Positions 10,801 to 22,999 of a DNA stretch of 64,000 bases are shown here, piece by piece. The position numbers and the translations under genes are program-made. The notes beneath the pieces were generated by a model. It had not been told where the DNA came from, did no database searches, and saw only the letters and a list, made by a program, of their open reading frames with translations. The stretch is from contig NIVC01000570.1 of assembly GCA_002269645.1 (NCBI GenBank), positions 1 to 64,000 on the forward strand. Direction: 5' to 3'. Every line of letters begins with the position of its first letter. The first letter of the stretch is position 1. This DNA is from Macrostomum lignano (Eukaryota).

Positions 10801-13800
10801 TAGCTCTCTTGGAGGGGGTCATTTAGCTCGTACATGCAAAATCTTCCTATTCAACTAGATACAAGTTTTATTGCAGTATGAAAAGTGGCAGTCACCGTAA
10901 AGTTTATGCCCTCTAAAAACGTACTATAATATCGTGACTATCACTAAGACCAAAAGCAGGAAATATGACCAGCTCTTCGGGCCGGATTTGCAAGCAAAAT
11001 ATCGGTTAACTGGCCCGGATTTTTCGGCGCAAAATAATTCTGGGTGAATCGCCCGTAAATATTCGGGTATAAATGCGGGTGCATGCACGGGTGCATCGCC
11101 CGAAAAACGAACTTTTCGTAACGATTCCGGGCCAGTAGCCCGGCAAGTTTTTACACCCGCAAAGTGCTGACGATTTCGGGTGAAGAGTAGGGTGAAAATT
11201 CAGGTCAATTTTTCATAGGGCTTGAAAGCCAGCCCCCAAGGCGAAGAGAGTGTACATGTACATGCCTGATGATTAAACCGTCCTGTTGCTGTACACCCTG
11301 TGGGCAGAATTGTCTCAGCAGCACTGGGGTTGTAGGACGATATTGTCGAAGACGTTAATATATCCTGCAAATATAATATTTTGCCAGTCTAGCAAAGAAG
11401 CCTAACATACAATACTTTGACCCTAATAATTCCTTTCTTAAAGGAGCCCCAGAAGACAAAATGAAGCCACTGCAGTGAACAAAAATGATTTATTATTAGC
11501 TAATTAAGCTACTAATAGTAGACAGAAAGAATTAATGTTCTTTAAAAATACTTTAAAAATACTTGACACTTTGCACCTTAAGCATATGCACAATTTGCTC
11601 ACCTGAAAGTGCGAACTGCTCACGGACTTGGCAATCTGTTTGAACAGAGGCCGCATAATTTTCTCAAACTGAGCGGGCTCGATAACATCAAGAATCTCCT
11701 CAATTTCTCCTAGGAACATGATCTCCTTGGAGCTCACTGTTCTAGGCCAGAATTTGAGCAGTCCGAGCACCACCTGCTCGGTGAGGCTGGAGTCCTTCTC
11801 AAGGAACTGCACAACGCAGTAGGCCAGCTGCGCGTGAAACATTCCCAGGGATTTGGCCTTGTGCAGCGGCATCAGCACCTTCGCTAGGAACTGCTTGTGC
11901 TCGGCCTTCAGAGGCAGGGCGAACCCGTTGATGATGCTGCCCAGAATCTCCAGCAATTCGCCTACGCCATTAAACATTTCAGTCTCGTAGATGAAGCGCA
12001 GAAATATGTTATTAATCTGCTTGCGTATGAAAGCTCGAAGCCCGAGAAATTTGCCATAGATTCGGTGCAGCACCGTCTTGAGGAAGTCGCGCTCGCGCGG
12101 ATCCTCGCTATCGAAAAGCTCGAGCAGCTGCGGGGCATTGATAATTGCAACTACTCACTGATTGCAGTCCGGTCTGGATTCATGGCAACTACTCACTGAT
12201 TGCAGTCCGGTCTGGATTCATGGCAACTACTCACTGATTGCAGTCCGGTCTGGATTCATGGCAACTACTCACTGATTGCAGTCCGGTCTGGATTCATGGC
12301 AACTACTCACTGATTGCAGTCCGGTCTGGATTCATGGCAACTACTCACTGATTGCAGTCCGGTCTGGATTCATGGCAACTACTCACTGATTGCAGGCCGG
12401 TCTGGATTCATTGCAACTACTCACTGATTGCAGGCCGGTCTGGATTCATTGCAACTACTCACTGATTGCAGTCCGGTCTGGATTCATTGCAACTACTCAC
12501 TGATTGCAGGCCGGTCTGGATTCATTGCAACTACTCACTGATTGCAGTCCGGTCTGGATTCATGGCAACTACTCACTGATTGCAGTCCGGTCTGGATTCA
12601 TTGCAACTACTCACTGATTGCAGGCCGGTCTGCAACCGGTCTAGACTTATCAAGAATCTATACACTCGAAAGCCTTACCTGCAGAACAAATCTCTGATCA
12701 ATGTACTTCTTAGCCACGGACGGTTGGAAGTCGGGCGATTCCAAAACGCGCAAAAAGAATTCGTACACAAACTGAAAAATTAAAGTTAAAAGCAAAATTT
12801 TGTTCAGTTTATCGTTAGAAAGCAGAAATCATTGAAAATGGCTCCAGGCAAAGGGACATTTTCTGGTGAATTAAATAGCGATTCCTAATGAAGTGAGGGA
12901 GGGCGATTCCTAATGAAGTGAGGGAGGGCGATTCCTAATGAAGTGAGGGAGGGCGATTCCTAATGAAGTGAGGGAGGGCGATTCCTAATGAAGTGAGGGA
13001 GGGCGATTCCTAATGAAGTGAGGGAGGGCGATTCCTAATGAAGTGAGGGAGGGCGATTCCTAATGAAGTGAGGGAGGGCGATTCCTAATGAAGTGAGAGA
13101 GGGCGATTCCTAATGAAGTGTGAGTAAAAATGATCAGTCGCAATGCCCAATGAGCTTCAAAGCTATGGCAACAGTACCTGCAAGTGCGGCCAAGAAGCCT
13201 CCAAAGTCGGGTCGTCCTCCTCAGGATCAAAATCGACATTATCAGACAGCGGCAAAGTTCGGAATATGTTGCAGGCAATCTGTAATGTGCGGTGACCCAA
13301 TGGCCCAGTGTTTGCGAAAACCAACATTGTCACTTGACGCTTTTATCTTCAATAAAAATGAAAGTTTTTAAATGACTTTTTCAAATCGTTTCCGCAATAA
13401 AGGCATCATCTAATGGGGCTTTACGAAACCTCGGATCAAAACGTCGACTCCTACCTGCTGCTGCTATTAGTGAACTGTTTTTTGTGCCCTACTTGGGCTC
13501 CTGTCATGACACATTAAAATTAAACTGTTGGAATCCCGAACTTTGACCCCGGATACCAAATTCGTAAATTTCTGCATTTTTGCAATTTATATTTCATTTG
13601 AAGTATTCATCTTTTTTTAATTTTTTGGATTTTTTGAAGACTTCTATCGATTGCAAAATCTGAGTAAACATGCCTTGTTTTCAGGAGCCATTCTCATAGA
13701 TCCTTCGGGACTTTCTCTGGAGCCATTCTCATAGATCCTTCGGACTTCCTTCTCTGGAGCTATTCTCATAGATCCTTCGGGACTTTCTCTGGAGCTATTC

Positions 13801-14421
13801 TCATAGATCCTTCGGGACTTTCTCTGGAGCTATTCTCATAGATCCCTCGGGTGTTTTTGGGAGCCCTCGTGATTAATAAAAAAGGTCTCTCAAAAGACAT
13901 GTTTAATCTTCTAAGTAACCTGTAAACATGGATTATGCAGACTTCTGCAACTTATATCGGTCAGAGCGGCTCAGAGGTGTAAAGTGCTGGGTAGGTTATT
14001 TTGATTTTTAACTTAAACTCACCATCCGAACTATCTCGGGGTAGGTGGCATCCTGCAGCACGCCTCTGGTCACGGTAACAAAGTCTACCAGCTCGTTCAA
14101 GCAGGTCCGCTTCACCTCCTTGGACTTGAGATCAGACACAGGGTCGGAGAAGTCGAATACAACGCAGCACTGCTGCATCTTCTTCACAAACAGGTCGAGC
14201 TGGTCGCCGGAAGCGGCGTCCTTCAATAGCGGCAGCGGGGTCAGCTCCGTTGGCGCCTTCGGCCTGTAGTGCGAGCTGCCCTGCGAGCGCTTCTGCTTCT
14301 TGGATTTGATTTCATTTTTATTGCGGAACGGGTCAAGCCTGTCGGCCTTGGCTGGGCTGTCCTGGGCTGCCGCCTGGGCCTTTTTGCCAGAGCCTTCGAA
14401 GGCTTTCTTCACTACAGACAT
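6839..14421 (-). CDS. PPP2R5: PP2A regulatory subunit B56/B' family, 6 coding exons, about 471 aa
   Basis: Exons 14023-14421, 13178-13279, 12679-12771, 11603-12127, 7538-7767 and 6839-6905 total 1416 nt, all GT-AG with compatible phases. Diagnostic motifs: [71 protein letters not shown]. The vertebrate paralog cannot be assigned. Confidence 0.95.
6910..7216 (-). mobile_element. tRNA-derived SINE with CORE-like central domain and (TTA)n tail
   Basis: On the minus strand: GGGGGTTGCAGCCTAGTGGTCAGAGC (A box) and GGTTCGATTC (B box, 7155-7164), then GTGTCCTTGAGCAAGAGACACTTAAC...CAGTTCACCCAGCTGTAAAATGGG resembling the MIR/CORE domain. The TTA repeat tail is at about 6910-6927. Confidence 0.8.
7203..7437. 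repeat. 20-22-bp minisatellite containing the SINE 5' end
   Basis: Unit GGCTGCAACCCCCTTGAAAT(AT)GAGA. Confidence 0.9.
7903..11220. mobile_element. Non-autonomous CMC-type (CACTA/Mirage/Chapaev-like) DNA transposon, 3318 bp, in B56 intron 4
   Basis: TIR CCCTATGAAAAATTGGCCCGAATTTTCGCCC versus CCCTATGAAAAATTGACCTGAATTTTCACCC (28/31). A 2-bp TSD CT lies on both sides, with CCCG-rich subterminal motifs. No transposase ORF. Confidence 0.75.
9501..9860. repeat. 30-bp minisatellite inside the CMC-type element
   Basis: Unit CAGGACTGGTGTTAGGCGACATACTCCAGC, about 12 near-identical copies. Confidence 0.95.
12147..12632. repeat. 38-bp minisatellite filling most of B56 intron 3
   Basis: Unit GCAACTACTCACTGATTGCAGTCCGGTCTGGATTCATG, about 13 copies. 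Confidence 0.95.
12878..13120. repeat. 25-bp minisatellite in B56 intron 2
   Basis: Unit GCGATTCCTAATGAAGTGAGGGAGG, about 10 copies. Confidence 0.95.
13683..13853. repeat. About 35-38-bp minisatellite in B56 intron 1
   Basis: Unit resembles CTCTGGAGCTATTCTCATAGATCCTTCGGGACTTT, 4-5 copies. Confidence 0.9.
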
Positions 14422-14708
14422 GATCTAGGCTGCAACTGAGCAATATTTAGATTTGAAATTGTAATAGAACGACAATGTGTAATCATTTGTAAAATTTAAC
14501 ATAGGAGAATTTTAAGTGCTTTATCCATCATACTACTATTGTAGTAGGGCTCAGTAGCCAAAATAATGGTGATAGGAAATTTTTCCTAGTGATTGGAAAA
14601 AAAGGGTTCTAAAAATTATCAAAGCTAAAATAAAAATAAAAATTTCTAACTTGGAACTCAGATACATTAGATTGACAAATACAATATTAATAGCAAACAC
14701 ATTTTTCC

Positions 14709-16039
14709 ATTCAATTTCAGCAAGCCAACATTCAATTTCATCATTCTATATTTAGCTACTCGTACTTCAATCGTCATTCAATTTTGGCAAGCAGCATTAA
14801 ATTTCGGCAATTGGATATTTTCATTTAAACCCCAGGGTGGCTCAGTCCAGTGTCTATGGTATGTAACGCATTTATTTAATGGCCAGGCCAGGAAATATTT
14901 CACAGCCTGGCCGTGAAATCAGCTAATGCAGAACAGCGCCTGGATGAGCCACACTTTTGCTCAAATATAATAACACCCCCAGATTTGTGTCCTCCCTTAG
15001 CTTCGCCTCGGCCTAGAAACGCATCCTCAGCCATTCTTCACGCCAAAAAAAACAAATCAAGGGGTGTTATCTTATACTTCATAGCCATGGATGAAGGAAT
15101 AGATCTATGTTCATAGCATGGTGAGGGCATTATTTCTGTCTATGGACAGAACTTGCTCCTGCATGCAGATTTCCTATTCGATTTTGGCCAAAGAATACTG
15201 AGCTAATACATAGAATGCCAGTGTCATTCAAAAAGTGAAGCTGAAATCTCGATTCCTTGGGCACTTACTTTTTGACCATAAACAAAATTTATTAAGGAAG
15301 TCATTTAATAATAAGACGCCTTTCTGTTGGAATACAATGACATGTAACGTTAAATTTCAGTCAAAAGTTTAAGAAAAGAATAGTCTTGTGCAAACGCTCA
15401 GTATTATTTGCTCAGTATTCTTTGGTTGAATGCTGCTTTTGTTTTTCTGTTTATGATAAAAAAGTAAGTGCCTGAGGAATCGAGATTTCAGCTTCACTTT
15501 TTGAACAACACTGACATTCTATATATTAGCTCAGTATTCTTTGATTTTGGCATGTTGCATTCAATTTCAGCATAATATTTTGATGCAATTTTTAGTGTAC
15601 TATATCAATCTTAATCAGCCCCCTTTTAAACTGACAACAAATACTGTAGCTATCTGTGATTCAGCTGAAAAATAAATTGGTGACAAATATGAGGTTGAAC
15701 ACTGAATGCTATATGGACAAGTGTCTGATGGAGACAGAGCCCATCTTCTGAGGCACAAGAGAATGGGCAAGATTATATCCATCTGGTGCAACTCATAATG
15801 CTGCCTCTGTCTCTGCCTCCATGCCTTATGTTTTAATTGAATGTAGCATGCCAAAATTGAATGGGAAATCTACATGCAGGAGCAAGTTTTGTCCATAGAC
15901 AGAAATATCGCCCTCACTATAGTGTGAAATAGAATATCCAATTGCCAAAATTGAATGGGTCTCTGCCAAATTTGAATGGTGGTTAAAGTAGCTAAATATA
16001 TAATGATGAAATTGAATGTCAGTTTGCTGAAATTGAATG
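14709..16039. mobile_element. Foldback-like element with long imperfect inverted arms; left arm interrupted by two insertions
   Basis: Segments about 14709-14825, 15119-15188 and 15552-15575 match the reverse complement of about 15830-16039. Confidence 0.65.
15189..15543. mobile_element. hAT-type MITE, 355 bp, with roughly 100-bp TIRs
   Basis: TIRs start CAAAGAATACTGAGCTAATA. A perfect 8-bp TSD ATTTTGGC lies at 15181-15188 and 15544-15551. Confidence 0.85.
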
Positions 16040-18898
16040 CGAGTTTTGTTAAAATTAGATGAAAAAGGTGTAAGACCCCAGCTAGGGCTGATGTGCTCAA
16101 TATATCAAATGAAAAGAAAAATAAATAAAAATAAAATAAAGCTTAAGAGTGGCCACAAATTTCATCCAACCTGTACTAACTAGAATTCCTTGGGTGAGTC
16201 TTGTTTACTGGGAGATAGAAAGATGGTGAAAGGGTAGCTCACCTGAATGCCAGACACTTGGTGCCAGATATTTGGATACAAGTACTTTGTAGTACCAAGT
16301 TACTTTGGTGCCTAGTTGTACTGTATGCTAGTGTCAATGATTAGTTTAATTTACCTTGATGCTTTTTTATGAGTGACATTGATATGGATATATAATAATG
16401 CAAATAATATATAAATATATCCTGATTGAAAGTAATTGTCCTTTTAAAAACAGTAAGTGTGCCAGTTGTGCCACAAATACGAGTATACCCTTTGATAGAG
16501 CTATAATTGTCTTTGTATACTTTTTGGCACACTGCACAATTGTACTAGTTGTGCCTTAGCTATGCCATTCGCCATAGTTGTAATTGTCTTTGTATGTCCT
16601 TTTTGGCATACTTGGCATACTTGCTACAATTGTACCAGTTGTGCCATAGCTATGCCATTTAGCACATTTAATAAATGCTTTTGTGTGTCCTTCTTTTTAC
16701 CAGTTCTTACTTCTTTTTCAATAAACTGTATTTTGTAAAAGATTTATTGGATATAAGAAAACCATATGTAATATATTATTTTTTGCATAAAGGTATGTTG
16801 TATAAGATGTACACTTTCTAAAAAATATGGCCATTTTAAAATGTCAGTTTTGCACACATAATTTAATGTATCCAGTATATACCCATTGATGGCAGCTGAA
16901 TATTTGAATATGTATGCATAGAGTTTGCTCATTGTGTAGTTCAAGACAAGTAGTAGATTTTATATATAATATATAGTAGATATGATTACCATATTTCTAT
17001 TAATTGGACAACTTTTAAGGTCCTTTTGGGCAAATAATATTTAAATGAAAATATACTGTTATATACAAAAAATGGTTTGTTTTGAAGCATGAATTAAAGT
17101 TATTGTGTAATTTATATTAATTTAGATTTTGTTGAATAGTTAATGATGATATTATTAGACTACTGGCAGATTCAGTCATATGATACCAAAATGAGTAAGA
17201 AAGGAATATGCCATTTAGACAAAAGTTTAATACATAAGTAGAATTGCAATGCTGATCAAAGTACAAAATTAATTCAAATAATTTATTAAAATAAAAAACA
17301 CAAATAACACATTGCTTTAATATGAAAATAGTAAAAATGCATTAGTAATAATTTAATGTTGTTTTTCATTACTGTGGTATTGATATACTATATTGCATTA
17401 CAAAGTTATGTATATTAGCAGGAATAACAATTGTAACTTAATTAATGAATGTAGTATTACCAACAAATTTTTGGTAAACTTTAATTCATTCTAATATTTG
17501 ACTGCTAGAATATTCAAATGATACCAAAAGGAATAACAAAAGGAATGTGCCATTTAGACAAAAGTTAAACACAGATGAGGAGAATCACAATGCTGATTGA
17601 AGTTATTTTAACTCTTTTAAATTCCTTAATGATGGGATTGTTAATTTTGATTTATTCCTAATTAAATACCTTATTACACATAAATATTCTAGCATTAAGT
17701 ACTAAGTAAGCATGATGAAGTATGCTTGCTGCTATATTAAATATACAGTTTATATGTTGCATTGGCTACCAGCAGGTGCATCTCTGCTGGGCCTATTACA
17801 TTGGATACCACTGTGGCCCATTGAGAGTGTATCAAAAATTAATAACTTGGTGACCAACAAGCATTTGAGGGCTACTATTATGCCATAGCTGGGAAGGTGG
17901 CAGTTTTTGGTGAATTTTCCGACGCAAATTGGCCCTTTTTTGGCACACACGGCGCACACGGCGTACAAGGAAAAATTGGAAATGCTTTGGCGGCACACAT
18001 GGCGCATGGCGCTGAAAAAATATATAGTTACACTTCGTTATACTTTGCAAAATATATAGTGTCAGGCCTAATTCCATAATTCGTAAATTAAAATTACGTA
18101 AATTACGTAAATCACGATATAAAATACGTAAATGAAATTCAAATTTGTCTACCGTAAATTCCTTACAGTAGAATAAATACCTTACCTTACCTTACCTTAC
18201 CTTACCTTAGACTTACCTTATCATGGCGCGCTGCGGCGCACAAAATCTTTTCTTCATGGCGCACGGCGCACAGTGCTCAAAAGCCATCAAAATAGTTCTG
18301 GCGCACACTGTGCCACCTTCCCGACTATGGCTATTATGGAGGTGGCTACAAGTGACAAGTTAAGCAAGGCTAACAATGCTGCAAATATGGCAGCTTTTGA
18401 AGCCAAGCAGGCCAAATGTTGCCTAAATAGCGCCAATGGCCACATAGAAATTGCCTGGTAAATGCATGATGACACACTGACTAAGAGTGCATCTGAATTG
18501 GCCAAGATAGCAGCCATGGTGCTGGAACTCTAGGCCTCTAGCCATTACCATAAAGTAAGAGAAAACACAGAGAAACACTGTTACCACAGAGAAACACAAA
18601 TTAACAGAGAAACACCGTTACGCTATCATTTAATTCCAATTCTTACAAGTCACTTGGCTCAATTTTTCGAGACTAGGCCTAGGCCCTATATTTATTTTAG
18701 CGATCCCATACATGCGCAACTGCTGGCCGACCTGGCCGATCCGGCCACTGTAAAACGTGGCTGACCAGGGGTAAGTCGCAAAATTGAGTCAACCAAAAAC
18801 AGAAAAACACAAGAACCAAGAAAGGCAAGAGGAAAGCGAAAGAAAGAGCAGTTCAGGGAAAATGGTGAAGCAAAAAAAACAATTCGCAAAAGAAGCAA

Positions 18899-19355
18899 AC
18901 TAAGTCGCAAAAAGGATTAGGTAAGTCACAAAAGGATTAGGTAAGTCGCAAAAAGGGTTAGGTAAGTCGCAAAAGGATTAGGTAAGTCGCAAAAGGGTTA
19001 GGTAAGTCGCAAAAGGATTAGGTAAGTCGCAAAAAGGATTAGGTAAGTCGCAAAAGGGTTAGGTAAGTCGCAAAAGGGTTAGGTAAGTCGCAAAAGGGTT
19101 AGGTAAGTCGCAAAAAGGATTAGGTAAGTCGCAAAAAGGATAGGTAAGTCGCAAAAGGATTAGGTAAGTCGCAAAAAGGATTAGGTAAGTCGCAAAAAGG
19201 ATCAGCTAAGTCGCAAAAGGATTAGGTAAGTCGCAAAAGGATTAGGTAAGTCGCAAAAAGGATTATGTAAGTCGCAAAAAGGATTAGGTAAGTCGCAAAA
19301 AGGATTAGGTAAGTCGCAAAAAGGATTAGGTAAGTCGCAAAAAGAAGCAACTAAG
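18899..19355. repeat. 19-20-bp minisatellite (AGGTAAGTCGCAAAAGGATT)n
   Basis: About 20 copies, inside the hAT-type element. Confidence 0.95.
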
Positions 19356-19609
19356 TCGCAATAAGAGGGAAGTAAGTCACAATCAGAGGCAATCAGGGGG
19401 TAGTAGGTGCAAGTGTGGCAGGAGAGCAAAAACAGAATAGAAGCCTTCAACCACAGACAAGATCTTTGAAATCAGAAGCCCGCGTCAACAGTTTCCCATT
19501 GATTTCTTAAACTCTGGAGCAGGGGTTGGCAAACTCCGGCTCGCGAAGCCCCTCTATCTGGCCCTCGCCCCTCGGGTTCTTTGAAACTTCCTAACCAGCA
19601 AGGTTGGTG

Positions 19610-20290
19610 TCTCTTCAACTCTCATCTCTCTCTTCTTCTCTACCTTGCCTCCCCTCTTCTCTCTCTCCCCCCTTCCCCCTTTTCCCTCTTCTCTCTCCTC
19701 TCATTTTTACTCTCCTCTCTTCTCCCCCTTTCTCTCTACCCTTTCTCCTCAATGCCCTCTTCTCTCCTCTTATCTTCAGCAAAAATATGTGCATAATTTC
19801 TTACTTCAAAGTAGAGGGAATAGAAGATTAGAGATAAGCAAACAGAGGAGAGGCGAGCGATGCGATGGGAGAAAAGATAGAAGAGGAGAGAAAAGCTGAG
19901 GGAGGAAAAAGAGATGAGAGAGAAGAGGAGATTAGAGGAAAAAGGAAAGAAAAGATGATGGATGAGATCAGAAGAGAGGAAAGAGGAAAGAGGAGAGAGT
20001 AGATGAGAGAAGAGAGGATAAAGAGGAGATGAGAGGAGAGTGAAGAGAGGAGAGATGAGAGAGTAGAAAAGAGAGGAGAGATAAGATGAGAGAGTAGAGT
20101 GGAGAGAGACGAGAGGGAAGATAAGATGAGAGAGTAGAGTGGAATGGAGAGAGACGAGAGGAGAGATAAGAATGTAGAGAGGAGACAGAAGAGATAGGAG
20201 AGGAGAGGAAAGAGAGGAGAGAGGAGAGGAAAGAGAGAAGGGATAAGGGATGAGAGAGAAAAGAAAAAGAGGATGAGAAGATTGAGGAAT
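19610..20290. repeat. CT-rich then GA-rich low-complexity tracts
   Basis: Direct inspection; source of the spurious L/S/F-rich ORFs. Confidence 0.9.
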
Positions 20291-22999
20291 GGAGAGAATT
20301 TGCAAAGGCCTCAAATCTTAGTTTAACATGCATTACTCCCATCTTTGCCTTTTTCCTAACTGTTAACAAGTTTTTGTTTGAGCATGACTTCAAATTTAGA
20401 ATCTATGCAAAAATAGTTCCGGGAATTAGAATTCAGTGGTTTAAAAATCTGTGGGTTTTCACAGCTTGTATCTCTACTGGATTCGTATTCTGCATCTGAT
20501 GAGCCATCTGAATCAGGGCTCTCATCTTCCATGCCAAATCGTCTAGCAAATCGTTCTTGAGCTATAGGTCACACTGTATTCACTTCACTTACTTCTGGAC
20601 ATTCATGAATCATGACTTTTGTAGTATGCTCACTACACTGTACTGACAATTTACTAATTGCTTCATGCCGCCACTAGATGACACTGATTAGCTGTTATAA
20701 AAACGCGGAATCTGCACGCAGTACTAATTAGCTGGCGAGGCATTTAGCTTTGAAAAATATGGTCATAGTTACTCCTGCCGTTTACCTAAAGTTTTTGCTT
20801 GGCTCTTTCATAGGTAAGTCGCATTTTTTATCGAAAACTAAGTCGCACGGCCAGCGTAATTTCAGAAGTTGTGCATGTATGAGCGATCCTATTTATTTCT
20901 CTAATTAGTATGGGCTTATTGCATTTACAAGGCTTTATAAAGAACTAGAACTACACTCATACAAATATTTGTTGAGCACTTGTAAACTTTCGACACGAAA
21001 ATCGAGTTTTAAAATCTAATGCTTTGAGGACGGGGGGGTTTAAATCTCTTTCTTAATTGCCTGCGGGTTGATTTCGCTCGCTTTTCAGCCGTTCAAATCG
21101 GTGCTGTTTCCGACGATTCAAACAAACTCGGGCGAAGATTTTGGCTTGCAGATGAAGGGGAGCTCCGGCTGCTGAGTTCCTCAGGCTCAGGGGGAGGGTA
21201 GCTGTGGTCGCGGCTGAGCGGTCTACTTTTTCCGACAATCAGAAAGCCGAATGCAGTAATTGTAGCCGATACGGGAAACTTAAGATAAACTAATTTGTCC
21301 AAAGTGTTACTGTAAGTAGTAGTTTGCTGCCACCACCGCGGATATTCGTGGGAAAGCTCTAAAGCTCAAAAATTGCTCGGATTTGCCCTAGAACTTCTCT
21401 TGAGAGCTGAGGGTCGAATAAAGTGCGAATAAAGTGCTTTTGGCTAAGACACCGGTTAACACACAAATGAGCTATTAGTTAGCTGGCTTAAAGTTAGTTG
21501 GCCAGAGAAAACTGAATATTAATTATTATTGACGGTTGATTATTGGACACAGAATACAAGCAATTAACTATTATTATTTTAGTTAAGTTAGATTAGGCCG
21601 TGGTCAGTCGGGAGAGGAGCTGTTCGGGTCTGGAGTCTCGGGCTTACACGTAGGGTCCCCTAGAATATCTGGAGCTCGGAGTGATCGTTCGGGGTGAGTT
21701 CAAACGAGAAGGGGGTTCCAGTCGAGAGTCTGGCTGGGAAAAGGGGGGCGCAGACTCTTAAATAGCGCTCTCATGAGCCACTGGGAGGAAAGGGGTTACC
21801 CCGGGTGGGAAGAGAGTTACAGTTACAGGCAATGGAAATGATCGGGTGCACCGCGGTTGGTGACGATTAAACACCGGGTGTAACTCTATTCAAAGCACAG
21901 TAAAACAAAGTTACGGGGAGTGGGAGCCCGAATACACTGAGAGGAAAAAGGGGCTTTCCACGCAGGGAAATGACGTCAGTATGCGTGTTTCACTTAGTGA
22001 GTAAATCCACGCGGAGAAAAATAAGAATAGGAGGCCTCGCCTACCACACTTTCCTCTTTAATTGAAATACTAGCTTGCAAACAAGTAAAACAAAACGAAA
22101 GTCGCGTGGTTATCTAATTTTTAATATCCTCAAAAACCTTCTATCTTCTTCAAATACTGCGTTGTTGCGGACCTTCGGGATTGTAAATTTTACCGCTAAA
22201 CAACCTTCTCTGCTAATGCAATCGCTTCGTTTTCTCTTCTTTCATGATATTAAGATTGGGTAATTGAAATATCAAGGAACGAATTCAAACATTTTCGAGA
22301 TTTGTCCCCTTTGACAAGGGCTCAATTTATCTCATCAATCCCTTAGCGTCTCTGACAGTGTGCTTGAACTTAATTACTCGTATAAAGAATCAAAGAAACT
22401 ACACAAAAAGAAACGCAAAAACTTATTATTATTAAATGATTAGTGACAAGCGCTATTAAGCAACAGAATAATATTGATAGTTATAGCTGTTATATTGCTT
22501 ATATTTAGTAATTAAAAATTAGCCCTATTCGAGGCGAAAAGACCCTTGGAGTTGCGTGTGGAAAAAATGAATGCTTTATACTTTAATTATTAACCAATTG
22601 ATCAAAAATGTTTACTAAAACATATCTATATTATTAGTGATAGCCAATAATCGTATCATATCGCAAAAAGACAACAACGACATCAATACGAGACAGGAAA
22701 TGTGTGTTGAAAACAAAAAGGGGCGCCAAAAAGTAGGCAAGAAAATTAGACAGAGAGATAAAGAGCTTACATTTTGCAAATTAGTGAGAAACAGTTTCTA
22801 AAAATTTATTCACGTCACGGGTTCTGATTTTTTAAAGCGAGGAATATATATGAACCATGATGATACAGTAGGCATAAGCCGTCTAAATCTAAGCAAAAAA
22901 CTGTTGCTATGACCTACTAAACTATCTCTCCGCATTCTTCTTGATTCAAGTTTGTTGCAAGCCTTAGCAACCGCGTGGAGATTCAAATCGAATCAAAAT

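Larger units (their letters stand above)
18707..20881. mobile_element. Non-autonomous hAT-type element, 2175 bp
   Basis: TIR CATACATGCGCAACTGCTG versus CATACATGCACAACTTCTG (17/19). A perfect 8-bp TSD AGCGATCC lies at 18699-18706 and 20882-20889. The interior is a minisatellite plus CT/GA low-complexity sequence. Confidence 0.8.

Noticed and set aside
19520-19570. hAT/Charlie-like left TIR CAGGGGTTGGCAAACT, with a similar one at 29301
   Set aside because: No matching right TIR or TSD was found; at most these are fragments.
20290-20600. Coding-like minus-strand segment inside the hAT element (possible transposase or captured exon)
   Set aside because: All frames are short and show no recognisable motif.
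21053-21302. Alternative B56 first coding exon (MSEKVD...)
   Set aside because: The resemblance is limited to a few residues, the exon at 14421 already has the equivalent N-terminus, and no good donor follows. It may be 5'UTR.
21560-22000. Solo-LTR-like GC-rich segments (also 40280-40860 and 55190-55520)
   Set aside because: I could not identify TG...CA ends with a TSD or a second copy in the window.
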